Shown here: piece after piece, positions 38,645 to 47,232 of the stretch
How the letters are laid out: each line of letters opens with the position of its first letter
How positions within the stretch are numbered: the stretch's first letter is position 1
Assembly: GCA_964414995.1 (NCBI GenBank)
Contig: CAYPYY010000003.1
Coordinates: 26-64,025 of the forward strand
Origin: an uncultured Gemmatimonas sp.
GTDB taxonomy: Bacteria; Gemmatimonadota; Gemmatimonadetes; Gemmatimonadales; Gemmatimonadaceae
DNA: 64,000 nt
Reading direction: 5' to 3'
Notes under the pieces: model-generated
Told to the model about the DNA's origin: nothing
Databases searched by the model: none
Seen by the model: only the letters and a program-made list of their open reading frames with translations
Translations under genes and position numbers: made by a program

Positions 38645-38716
38645 AGTGACACTTTGCGCGCACAGATTTCGTTAGTCCAATCCGCTGTCCAGTTTCGGCT
38701 ATCCTCGCCCCCCGCT

Positions 38717-39310
38717 ATGACTTCCGCCCACCTCCCCGCCCGCGCCGACGCCCTCGCTCTAATGGAAGCGTGGACACAGAGCGACTCGCTCCGAAAACAT
38801 ATGCTCGCCGTCGAAGGCGCGATGGTCGCCTACGCCCGGCACTTCGGAGAGGACGCGCACCGTTGGGGCCTCGCCGGTCTCCTCCACGACTTCGACTACG
38901 AGCGCTTTCCCAACGACGCCCACGCCGCCGACGCCGAGCACCCCGCCGAGGGGGTCCGGCAGCTGCGCGCCCTGGGCTACCCGGACGACATCTGCGAGGC
39001 CATCCTCGGGCACGCGCACTACACCGGCGTGCCCCGCACCACGCGAATGGCGAAGACGCTCTTCGCCGTGGACGAGCTCTGTGGCCTCATCACGGCGGCC
39101 GCGCTCGTGCGGCCCTCCCGCAGCGTGCTCGACCTCGAGTCCTCCTCCGTCCGAAAGCGGATGAAGGACAAGGCCTTCGCCCGGGGTGTGTCCCGCGAGG
39201 ACGTCACCAACGGTGCGGCCGAGTTGGGTGTCGAACTGGACGCCCATATCGCCTTCGTGATCCAGGCGCTCCGGGACCGGGCCGAGTCCCTTGGCCTCAA
39301 GGGCCAGTAG
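38717..39310 (+). CDS. HD/HDIG-domain metal-dependent hydrolase
   Basis: LRKHMLAV, GLLHDFDYE, HP, AILGH, LFAVDELCG, KDKAFARGV.R. Confidence 0.88.
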   Translation: MTSAHLPARADALALMEAWTQSDSLRKHMLAVEGAMVAYARHFGEDAHRWGLAGLLHDFDYERFPNDAHAADAEHPAEGVRQLRALGYPDDICEAILGHAHYTGVPRTTRMAKTLFAVDELCGLITAAALVRPSRSVLDLESSSVRKRMKDKAFARGVSREDVTNGAAELGVELDAHIAFVIQALRDRAESLGLKGQ

Positions 39311-39312
39311 GC

Positions 39313-39338
39313 CCAACGTCCCACGGGCACCCTACGTA
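39313..39338 (+). promoter_or_regulatory. Putative ECF-type autoregulatory promoter
   Basis: CCAAC-N17-CGTA directly upstream of the ECF sigma gene; fits the general ECF AAC/CGT pattern. Confidence 0.6.
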
Positions 39339-39367
39339 TTGGAGGACGTGACTAGTGAGCGTGCGGC

Positions 39368-39961
39368 GTGACTGCCATTGCCATTCCGTGGGCCCCTGTG
39401 CCCGCTCGGCGGACCGTGACTGAACGTCCGGCCGACGAGCGGGAGATCGTGCTCGCCGCCCAGCGCGGCGAGCAGCAGGCGTTCGCCGAGTTGGTGCGGC
39501 GGCATCAGCGACGCGCTTACGCGGTGGCCCGGGCCATCGTCACCAATCACGAGGACGCTGAGGACGCGGTGCAGGAGGCCTTTCTGCACGCGTACAAGGC
39601 GATCAACCGGTTCCTGCCGGACCAGGCCTTCGGGGCCTGGCTGCATCGGATCGTGGCGAACGCCGCGCTCGACGTGACGCGCCGCCGCAAGGTGCGCGAC
39701 GCGGATGAACTGCCGGAGACGGTGGCCTCGCCGTTCCGGGATCCGGCCGAAGGCAATGAGCTACGCCGTCGGCTGAAAGAGGCGCTGGACCAGCTCCCCG
39801 CGCGGCAACGCGCGGTGATCACGTTGCACGACGTCGAAGGATACAAACACGCGGAGATCGGCAAGATGCTCGACATCCCGGAAGGGACGGCGAGATCCGA
39901 CCTCCATTACGCCAGGTCTCATCTGCGCCAATTGCTGGGCGCGGTGAGGAGCGGACTATGA
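39368..39961 (+). CDS. ECF RNA polymerase sigma factor
   Basis: Region 2 DAEDAVQEAFL..F.AWLHRI..N; region 4 LPARQRAV..EG..AEIG..L.IPEGTARS; start could be further downstream. Confidence 0.92.
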   Translation: MTAIAIPWAPVPARRTVTERPADEREIVLAAQRGEQQAFAELVRRHQRRAYAVARAIVTNHEDAEDAVQEAFLHAYKAINRFLPDQAFGAWLHRIVANAALDVTRRRKVRDADELPETVASPFRDPAEGNELRRRLKEALDQLPARQRAVITLHDVEGYKHAEIGKMLDIPEGTARSDLHYARSHLRQLLGAVRSGL

Positions 39962-40338
39962 CTGAAGAGAGAACGGGCCCGGCCCTCGTCCGGGATGATG
40001 ACGACCTCACGGCGGAGCTGCGCGCGATTGTCGCGCCGCCGGCGGAGGCGTCGTACTGGGATGCGCTCGAGCAGCGCATCCTCGCGCACATCGAGCGCGG
40101 CCGTGAACAGCGTCGCTGGTGGGCGCTGTCGGAGCGGGCGTACCAGTTCGGCCTGTTGGCCGCGGGTGTCACGTTGATCGTCGCGACCTCGATCCTCCTG
40201 CGTGAGCAGGCGCTCGAGCGTCGAATGGCCTACGAGTCGGTGATTGGGACGCCGGCGACGGGCCAACAGCAGGTGTTTGCGCGCCAGGGCTTGGTGCCCG
40301 ATCGGCAGGCAACCCTTCGCGCCGTTACCGACCACTAA
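39958..40338 (+). CDS. Putative single-pass anti-sigma factor
   Basis: Overlaps sigma stop; PP....YW..L..RI N-terminus and one TM. Confidence 0.65.
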   Translation: MTEERTGPALVRDDDDLTAELRAIVAPPAEASYWDALEQRILAHIERGREQRRWWALSERAYQFGLLAAGVTLIVATSILLREQALERRMAYESVIGTPATGQQQVFARQGLVPDRQATLRAVTDH

Positions 40339-40352
40339 CGAACGGCGGGACG

Positions 40353-40730
40353 ATGCGTCAAACCAATGGACTCGCGCTGGCGTTCTTCCTCGCGACCTTT
40401 GCCGCCGGTGCGGCGGTCGGGGTGGTCGGGGATCGCTGGCTGGCGCGGGAACGCGTGCAGCGGCAGTGGAGCGACCCGCGGGCAATGCGCGCACGGCTGG
40501 CCGATGACCTGGGGATGACCCCAGAGCAGCGGACGGCCTTGGATTCACTGCTTGATGACCGAAACCGCCAGATGGACTCGCTGATGGCACCAGTGCGCCC
40601 CGCTCTCGATTCATTGGGCGTGGCCACCCGCCAGCGGATTCGGCAACTGCTCACTTCCGAGCAGCAAGCCACATACGACCAGATTCAGCGCGAGCGCGAA
40701 GAAGCGCGGCGCCGGGAGAAGCGGCAATGA
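40353..40730 (+). CDS. Periplasmic helical protein (Spy/CpxP-like)
   Basis: TM anchor; LGMTPEQR and LLTSEQQ (LTxxQ) repeats. Confidence 0.7.
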   Translation: MRQTNGLALAFFLATFAAGAAVGVVGDRWLARERVQRQWSDPRAMRARLADDLGMTPEQRTALDSLLDDRNRQMDSLMAPVRPALDSLGVATRQRIRQLLTSEQQATYDQIQREREEARRREKRQ

Positions 40731-42022
40731 GGTTGGTTCGAGCGGTTCTTGGGGTCACGATGCTGGTCCCGGTACTCTCGGCCGCGCAGGATGCGCGGCC
40801 GATCTCGCTAGACGAGGCAGTGCGGCAGGCGCGGCGGAACGCGCCGGCCGCAGTACAGGCGCGGAACGCCGTCCGGCAGAGCGCCGCCGCGGTGCGCACC
40901 AACTACGCCTCCTTCCTGCCCACGCTCTCGTTCAACACGGGCGCCAACTACACGTTCGGCAACACCACGAACCCGAACGGCCAGATCGTGCCGATCGCGA
41001 ATCCGTGGAACTACAGCCGCGGACTCAATGCAAACCTGCAGCTCTTCCAGGCCGGCTCGCGCTACTTCAACCTCCGGGCGAACCAGGCGAACCTCGACGC
41101 CTCCGAGGCCACCGAGATCTCGCAGACGTTCAACGTCGCGTTGCAGGTGAAGCAGCAGTACTACAGCGTGCTCGCCGCACGTGAGCAGCGGGCCGCCGCG
41201 CAGAAGCAGCTCGAGCAGGCGGAGCAGCAGCTCCGCGCCTCCACCGCGCGCGTGCGCGCCGGTGCCGCCACGCGCTCCGACTCGCTGCGTACCTCCATTC
41301 AGGTGGGCAACGCCCGCCTCGCCATCCTGACCGCCGAGAACCAGCTCGCCACGGCGAACGCCGCGCTCTCCCGGCTCGTCGGGTCGGTGGAGCTCGTCAC
41401 CGCCACGCCCGGCGACACCAGCGACACCGGCAGCATCATCGAAACCGAGGCGCAGCTCCTGACGCTCGCCGAAGAAGGCCCGGCCGTGCGCCAGGCGCTC
41501 GCGCAGCACGCGGCGGCGCGGCAGTCGTATCGCTCCGCACTCTCACCGTACCTGCCGACACTGTCGATGAGTTACAGCCTCTCCGGAAGCGCCGCCTCGC
41601 AGGACTTCGCCTTCGGCGGCCAGGATTTCCGTGAGCAGCGCCGCACGGCATTCACCGTGAACTTCCCGCTCTTCAACGGCCTGAACCGCGAAGAAAGCGT
41701 CGTGCGCGCCCGCATCGCGCAGGAGAACGCCGAGGCCAACCTGCGCGACGCGAAGCTCAACGCCCGTCAGCTGATGGTCCAGCAGTTCGGCGCCTTCCGC
41801 ACGGCCGAGGCCCGCGTGCAGATCCAGCTCGCCTCCGTCGCCGCCGGCGAAGAAGACCTCCGCGTGCAGCAGGAGCGCTACGCCCTCGGCGCCTCGACCC
41901 TGCTGGACGTGCTCAACTCGCAGACCACGCTCGACCAGGCCCGCCGCGACTTGATCCAGGCGCGCCTCGATGCCCGCACCGCCAAGGCGCAGATCGAAGC
42001 CCTCATCGGCCGCGATCTCTAA
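40727..42022 (+). CDS. TolC family outer-membrane efflux protein
   Basis: Signal peptide, ISLDEAV..A, PTLS repeats, RYALGASTLLDVL. Confidence 0.9.
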   Translation: MRLVRAVLGVTMLVPVLSAAQDARPISLDEAVRQARRNAPAAVQARNAVRQSAAAVRTNYASFLPTLSFNTGANYTFGNTTNPNGQIVPIANPWNYSRGLNANLQLFQAGSRYFNLRANQANLDASEATEISQTFNVALQVKQQYYSVLAAREQRAAAQKQLEQAEQQLRASTARVRAGAATRSDSLRTSIQVGNARLAILTAENQLATANAALSRLVGSVELVTATPGDTSDTGSIIETEAQLLTLAEEGPAVRQALAQHAAARQSYRSALSPYLPTLSMSYSLSGSAASQDFAFGGQDFREQRRTAFTVNFPLFNGLNREESVVRARIAQENAEANLRDAKLNARQLMVQQFGAFRTAEARVQIQLASVAAGEEDLRVQQERYALGASTLLDVLNSQTTLDQARRDLIQARLDARTAKAQIEALIGRDL

Positions 42023-42060
42023 GCGCTACGCCCGACCTTCCCCACCGCACTTACTCGGAG

Positions 42061-43836
42061 TTGTCCGTGTCGTCCCGCCGCCTGTCACTTTCGCTCCTCG
42101 TCGCCGTCGCCGCGCTCACTGCGTGCGCGAAGAAGGCCGAGGGGCCGCTCATCATCCAGACCGCCGCCGTCGAGCGCCGCACCATCGTCGTGCAGGCCGA
42201 GGCCACCGGCATCATCGAGCCGATCAACGTCGTCGAGGTGAAGTCGCGCTCCTCCGGCCAGGTCATCGAGATGCCGGTGGAGACCGGCACGCTCGTGCGG
42301 CCGGGCTCGCTGATCGTGCAGCTCGACACGCGCGACGTGCAGAACCAGTTCGACCAGTCCAAGGCGGACCTCGAAAGCGCCCAGAAGTCGCTCGAGGTGG
42401 CCGAGCAGAACAAGAAGCGCTCCGATGAACTCTTCCGCGCGCAGATCATCACCGCGCAGGAGAACGAGCAGGCGGGCCTCACGTACCAGAACGCGCTGTC
42501 GGCCATCGTCCGCGCGCGCACCAATCTCGACCTCGCCCAGCAGCGCCTCGACGACGCCCGCGTCGTCGCACCGGTGACGGGCACCATCATCGAGAAGCCG
42601 GTCGCGCTCGGGCAGGTCATTCAGTCGGGCACCAGCGCCGTCGGTGGCGGCACGACCATCGTGAAGATGGCCGACCTCACCAAGGTGCGCGCCCGCGCGC
42701 TCGTGAACGAGACGGACATCGGCCGCGTGGTGCCGGGCCAGGAAGCCACGGTGATCGTGGACGCCTTCCCCGACCGGCCCTTCCGCGGCACCGTCGAGAA
42801 GATCGAGCCGCAGGCCGTCGTGCAGCAGAACGTGACGATGTTCCCGGTGCTGGTCTCGCTCGAGAATCGCGACGGTCTCCTGCTGCCGGGAATGAACGGC
42901 GAAGTGAACATCATCTCGGATCGCCGCGAGAACGTGGTCGCGGTGCCGAACGAGGCGATCCGCGGAATGCGCGAGGCCGCGACGGCCGCGCGCATCCTCG
43001 GGCTCGACCCGGACTCCGTGAGCGCCCAGCTGCGTGAGGCGATGGGCGGGATGTTCGGCGGGTTTGGCGGCGGCGGAATGCCGGGTGGTGCCCCCAACGG
43101 CGCGCGTCCGGCCGGTGCGGCGCCGCCGACGACCGCGCGCGCCACGCCCGGCTACGCCGACTTCTCGCAGGACCGGCCACAGGGTGGCGCGCGCCAGGGC
43201 GGCCCCGGTGGATTCCAGATGCCCGAAGTCACCGACGCCCAGTGCAAGGCCGTCACCGACGCGCGCACGGCCAAGCCGGCCGCTGCCAAGAAGGTGGATG
43301 ACCTGATGACGCAGATGCGCAATCCCGACGCGGATCGCCAGAAGCTGATGGGCGACCTGCGCACGGCCTACACCGAGCTCGGCGTGGATATGACCGTGGC
43401 CCGCGCCTGTCGGATGCGCGAGACGGGCGGCCCGGGAGCCGGCGGCGCAGCTCCGGCCAGCCAGGGCTCGCGTCCGCAGGGCGTGGCGGCGCCGGGCACG
43501 CAGAGCGGCGGCGCCAGCGCGATGCGCGGTGCGTCACGCCAGGGGCGCAATGCCACGCGGATGGGCCTCGTCTTCGTGCAGAAGGCGGACTCCACGTGGG
43601 AGCCGCGCGCCGTGCGGCTAGGCGTCGCCGACTACGACTTCACGGAAGTGGTGAGCGGCCTCGAAGCCGGCGAGAGGGTCGCGCTGCTCAGCGCCGCCGC
43701 GCTCCAGATGCAGCGGCAGGAGAACAACGATCGCTTCCGCGCGATGACGGGCGGCGGCAGCCCGCTCGGCGGCGCCGCGCCGGGCGGTGGCGGGGCACGC
43801 CCCGCCGGCGGAATGGGCGGCGGCGGGCCGAGGTAA
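42061..43836 (+). CDS. MacA-like periplasmic adaptor with long C-terminal insertion
   Basis: Lipobox LTAC, ATGIIEP..VEVKS..SG, APVTG, VNETDIG.V..GQ, LLPGM, VVSGLEAGE; start uncertain (TTG or nearby GTG). Confidence 0.88.
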   Translation: MSVSSRRLSLSLLVAVAALTACAKKAEGPLIIQTAAVERRTIVVQAEATGIIEPINVVEVKSRSSGQVIEMPVETGTLVRPGSLIVQLDTRDVQNQFDQSKADLESAQKSLEVAEQNKKRSDELFRAQIITAQENEQAGLTYQNALSAIVRARTNLDLAQQRLDDARVVAPVTGTIIEKPVALGQVIQSGTSAVGGGTTIVKMADLTKVRARALVNETDIGRVVPGQEATVIVDAFPDRPFRGTVEKIEPQAVVQQNVTMFPVLVSLENRDGLLLPGMNGEVNIISDRRENVVAVPNEAIRGMREAATAARILGLDPDSVSAQLREAMGGMFGGFGGGGMPGGAPNGARPAGAAPPTTARATPGYADFSQDRPQGGARQGGPGGFQMPEVTDAQCKAVTDARTAKPAAAKKVDDLMTQMRNPDADRQKLMGDLRTAYTELGVDMTVARACRMRETGGPGAGGAAPASQGSRPQGVAAPGTQSGGASAMRGASRQGRNATRMGLVFVQKADSTWEPRAVRLGVADYDFTEVVSGLEAGERVALLSAAALQMQRQENNDRFRAMTGGGSPLGGAAPGGGGARPAGGMGGGGPR

Positions 43837-43842
43837 TCGCCG

Positions 43843-45063
43843 ATGCTGTTCGGCGAAACCATTCGCGTCGCGCTCGGCGCGCTCCGGGCCAACAAGCTCC
43901 GCTCGATGCTCACGATGCTCGGCATCGTCATCGGTGTGAGCGCAGTCATCGCCGTCGTCGCCCTCGGGCGCGGCGCGCAGAAGGCCGTGAACGACCGCAT
44001 CGCGTCGCTGGGCACCACCCTGCTCACCATCTCGCCGGGCCAGGCACGGCAGGGCGGCGTGATGTCGTTCGACGTGCGCACGCGCCTCACGATGGAAGAC
44101 GCGCAGGCGCTCACTGACCGCGGCACCAGGATCGGCGGCGTGCAGCCGGAGATGTCGTCCAATCTCCAGGTGCAGTACATCAACAAGAACTCCGGCACGC
44201 AGGTCGTCGGCACCACGGCCAACTTCCCCGAAGTCCGCAAGTATGAGATGGCCGCCGGGCGCTTCTTCACGAACGCCGAGGACCAGAGCCGGCAGCGCGT
44301 CGCGGTCGTCGGGCCGACGGTGCTCGAGAACCTCGGCGTGCAGACGCCGGAGGGCATCATCGGCGAGAACATCCGCATCCGCGGCATCCAGTTCACCGTG
44401 GTCGGCGTGTACAAGTCGAAGGGCCAGGCGAACCCGTTCTCGAATCCCGATGACCAGGTCCTCATCCCGATCCAGACGGCGCGTTTCCGCGTGATGGGCT
44501 CCAACCGCCTGCGCTCGATCTCCGTGCTCGCGGAGAGCGAGGCCGGCATTCCCGACGCGATGGCGGACATCCAGAAGATCCTGCGCCGCGAGCACCGCCT
44601 GCGGCCGGAGCGCCCGGATGACTTTCAGATTCGCAATCAGGCCGACTTCCTGAACACCCTCGGTGAGACCACGCAGGTCTTCTCGATGCTGCTCGCCGGC
44701 ATCGCTGCCGTGTCGCTGCTCGTGGGCGGTATCGGCATTATGAACATTATGCTCGTGTCCGTCACCGAACGGACCCGCGAGATCGGCATCCGCAAGGCAC
44801 TTGGCGCCACGCGCATCAACATCCTCTTTCAGTTCCTGATCGAGGCGATCGTGCTCTGCCTCGTGGGTGGCACGATCGGCATCGGCGTCGGCGCTGGCGG
44901 CGCCTGGGCGTTCACCAAGTTCCTCGGCTGGAACACGACGATCGGGTCGTCGAGCGTGCTGCTGGCCTTCGGGTTCTCGGCGTTCGTCGGGCTCGTCTTC
45001 GGCGTGTATCCGGCGCGGCGCGCCGCCAAGCTAGACCCGATCGTCGCGCTGCGCTACGAGTAA
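43843..45063 (+). CDS. MacB/FtsX-like ABC permease (no fused ATPase)
   Basis: NKLRSMLTMLGIVIGV, GGIGIMNIMLVSVTERTREIGIRKALGA, PARRAAKLDPIVALRYE. Confidence 0.93.
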   Translation: MLFGETIRVALGALRANKLRSMLTMLGIVIGVSAVIAVVALGRGAQKAVNDRIASLGTTLLTISPGQARQGGVMSFDVRTRLTMEDAQALTDRGTRIGGVQPEMSSNLQVQYINKNSGTQVVGTTANFPEVRKYEMAAGRFFTNAEDQSRQRVAVVGPTVLENLGVQTPEGIIGENIRIRGIQFTVVGVYKSKGQANPFSNPDDQVLIPIQTARFRVMGSNRLRSISVLAESEAGIPDAMADIQKILRREHRLRPERPDDFQIRNQADFLNTLGETTQVFSMLLAGIAAVSLLVGGIGIMNIMLVSVTERTREIGIRKALGATRINILFQFLIEAIVLCLVGGTIGIGVGAGGAWAFTKFLGWNTTIGSSSVLLAFGFSAFVGLVFGVYPARRAAKLDPIVALRYE

Positions 45064-45087
45064 CCCGCGCGAGTGCGCGTGCAGTCT

Positions 45088-45122
45088 TCGCGGGGCGCTG
45101 TGCAAAGCACGGCGCCCCGCGA
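45088..45122 (+). terminator. Hairpin after the permease
   Basis: 16-bp stem TCGCGGGGCGCTGTGC / GCACGGCGCCCCGCGA (one G-U), AAA loop; weak U tract. Confidence 0.55.
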
Positions 45123-45140
45123 TACATTCCACCCTTCGCT

Positions 45141-47126
45141 ATGTCGGACCAACCTGCCACACCCGTTCCAGAGCCGCGCCCGTCAATGGCGCGCCTGACG
45201 GCCGAGTACCGGCCGCCCGAACGCGAACACATCGAGATCAATCCCACCGGCAAGCGGCTGGCGATCCTGTCCCTCGGCGCGCTCGGCGTAGTGTATGGCG
45301 ACATCGGCACCAGCCCGCTCTACGCGCTCCGCGAGTGCTTCAGCAAGGAGTACGGGCTCCTGCCGACGATCGAGAACGTCTACGGCGTCCTCTCGCTGAT
45401 CGTCTGGGCACTGCTGCTGGTGGTGACGGTCAAATACATCCTGTTCATTATGCGCGCCGACAATCGCGGTGAGGGCGGGATCCTCGCGATGTTGGCGCTC
45501 TTGCTTCAGAAGGAGCCGAGCAAGAAGTCGCGACGGTTTCTGGTCATTGCGCTCGGCCTGATGGGTGCCGCCCTGCTGTACGGTGATGGGATGATCACGC
45601 CCGCCATCTCGGTGATCTCCGCGATGGAAGGCCTGACGGTCGTCTCCGACAACTTCGGGCCGGCGGTGGTGCCGCTGTCGCTGCTCATCATCGTCGGCCT
45701 GTTCCTTGGCCAGCGGTTCGGCACCGCCAAGGTGGGGGCGCTGTTCGGCCCGGTGACCTTCGTATGGTTCGCCACGCTGGCGGTGCTCGGCCTGCGTGAG
45801 GTCGTGCGCTCGCCGGGGATCCTTGCCGCAATCAACCCGTGGTACGCGGTGATGTTCTTCGTGCACAACGGACTGCCCGGCTTCCTCGTCATCGGCGCGG
45901 TGGTGCTCGTCGTGACGGGCGCCGAGGCGTTGTACGCGGATATGGGGCACTTCGGCAAGAAGCCCATCCGACTGGCGTGGTTCGCGATGGTGCTGCCGGC
46001 GCTGCTGCTCAACTACTTCGGCCAGGGCGCGCTCATCCTGCGCGACGCGGCGGCCATCGAGAATCCGTTCTTCTACCTTGCACCGCGAGTGCTGCTGTAT
46101 CCGCTCATCGCGCTGGCGACGATCGCGACCATCATTGCCTCGCAGGCGATGATCTCCGGCGCCTTCTCGCTGAGTCAGCAGTGCATCCAGCTGGGCTACT
46201 CGCCGCGGATGACCATCACGCATACGTCGGCCAAGGAGTTCGGCCAGATCTACATCCCCGAGATCAACAGCGCGCTGTTCGTGGGCACGGTGCTGATGGT
46301 CATCGGCTTCCGTAGTTCGGCCAACCTCGCGGCGGCCTACGGCATCGCCGTGACGGGTACGTTTATTCTGGCGACGATCCTGTACTTCATCATCGCGCTG
46401 CGCCGCTGGGAGTGGGCGCCGTGGAAGGCCTGGCTGTTCTTCGGCGCGTTCATCACCATTGACCTCGCGCTCTTCGGCGCGAGCGCGCTCAAGTTCATCC
46501 ACGGCGGCTGGGTCCCGATCGTCATCGCCATCGGCATCTTCACGCTGATGACGACGTGGAAGCGGGGCCGCGCCATCCTGACGGAGCGGATGAAGGAGAT
46601 CTCGTTCCCGATGGACCATTTCATCCAGGACATCGGCGAGAATCCACGCACGCGCGTGCCGGGCACTGCGGTGTTTATGACCTCCGAGCCGCTCGGCGTG
46701 CCGGTGGTGCTTCTGCACCATCTCAAGCACAACAAGGTGCTGCACGAGACGGTGATCCTGCTCTCGATCCAGACCGCCGACGTCCCCGAGACCCGCCGCG
46801 AGGAGCGCGTGTTCATCGAGGCGCTGGGCCACGGCCTGTTCCGCGTCGTCGCCGTCTACGGGTTTATGGAGTCGCCGGACGTGAAGGAAGTCCTCCAGCG
46901 TTGCCGCGACAACGGCATCGCCGCGCGCCCACTCGACACGAGCTATTACCTCGGGCGCGAACAGCTCATCCCGCGCCCCGGCCCGTGGAAGAAGGGCGGA
47001 ATGTCGATGAACATCATCCGCAAGAAGATCTTCTCGGTGATGGCCCGCAACGCCCGCTCCGCGACGGAGTACTTCCAGCTTCCCCCAAATCGCGTGGTCG
47101 AACTCGGCACCCAGATCGAGTTCTGA
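45141..47126 (+). CDS. kup: KUP/HAK/KT potassium transporter
   Basis: GVVYGDIGTSPLY, ADNRGEGG, GDGMITPAISV, EALYADMGHFG, GQIYIP, HNKVLHE. Confidence 0.96.
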   Translation: MSDQPATPVPEPRPSMARLTAEYRPPEREHIEINPTGKRLAILSLGALGVVYGDIGTSPLYALRECFSKEYGLLPTIENVYGVLSLIVWALLLVVTVKYILFIMRADNRGEGGILAMLALLLQKEPSKKSRRFLVIALGLMGAALLYGDGMITPAISVISAMEGLTVVSDNFGPAVVPLSLLIIVGLFLGQRFGTAKVGALFGPVTFVWFATLAVLGLREVVRSPGILAAINPWYAVMFFVHNGLPGFLVIGAVVLVVTGAEALYADMGHFGKKPIRLAWFAMVLPALLLNYFGQGALILRDAAAIENPFFYLAPRVLLYPLIALATIATIIASQAMISGAFSLSQQCIQLGYSPRMTITHTSAKEFGQIYIPEINSALFVGTVLMVIGFRSSANLAAAYGIAVTGTFILATILYFIIALRRWEWAPWKAWLFFGAFITIDLALFGASALKFIHGGWVPIVIAIGIFTLMTTWKRGRAILTERMKEISFPMDHFIQDIGENPRTRVPGTAVFMTSEPLGVPVVLLHHLKHNKVLHETVILLSIQTADVPETRREERVFIEALGHGLFRVVAVYGFMESPDVKEVLQRCRDNGIAARPLDTSYYLGREQLIPRPGPWKKGGMSMNIIRKKIFSVMARNARSATEYFQLPPNRVVELGTQIEF

Positions 47127-47139
47127 AGCGCCGGGGCCT

Positions 47140-47230
47140 GAGAGGGAGGATGCCCGCATCCTCCCTCTCGCTCATTCTGCCCTTCGCCCCTCTCTTTCCC
47201 TCTTCGCTCTTTCCTCTCGCTCCTCGCTCT
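47140..47230 (+). terminator. Hairpin followed by pyrimidine-rich tract
   Basis: 13-bp stem GAGAGGGAGGATG / CATCCTCCCTCTC then about 60 nt of mostly C/T. Confidence 0.55.
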
Positions 47231-47232
47231 GT

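Noticed and set aside
38483-38716. FNR/FixK box upstream of ccoNO
   Set aside because: No TTGAT-N4-ATCAA-like palindrome found
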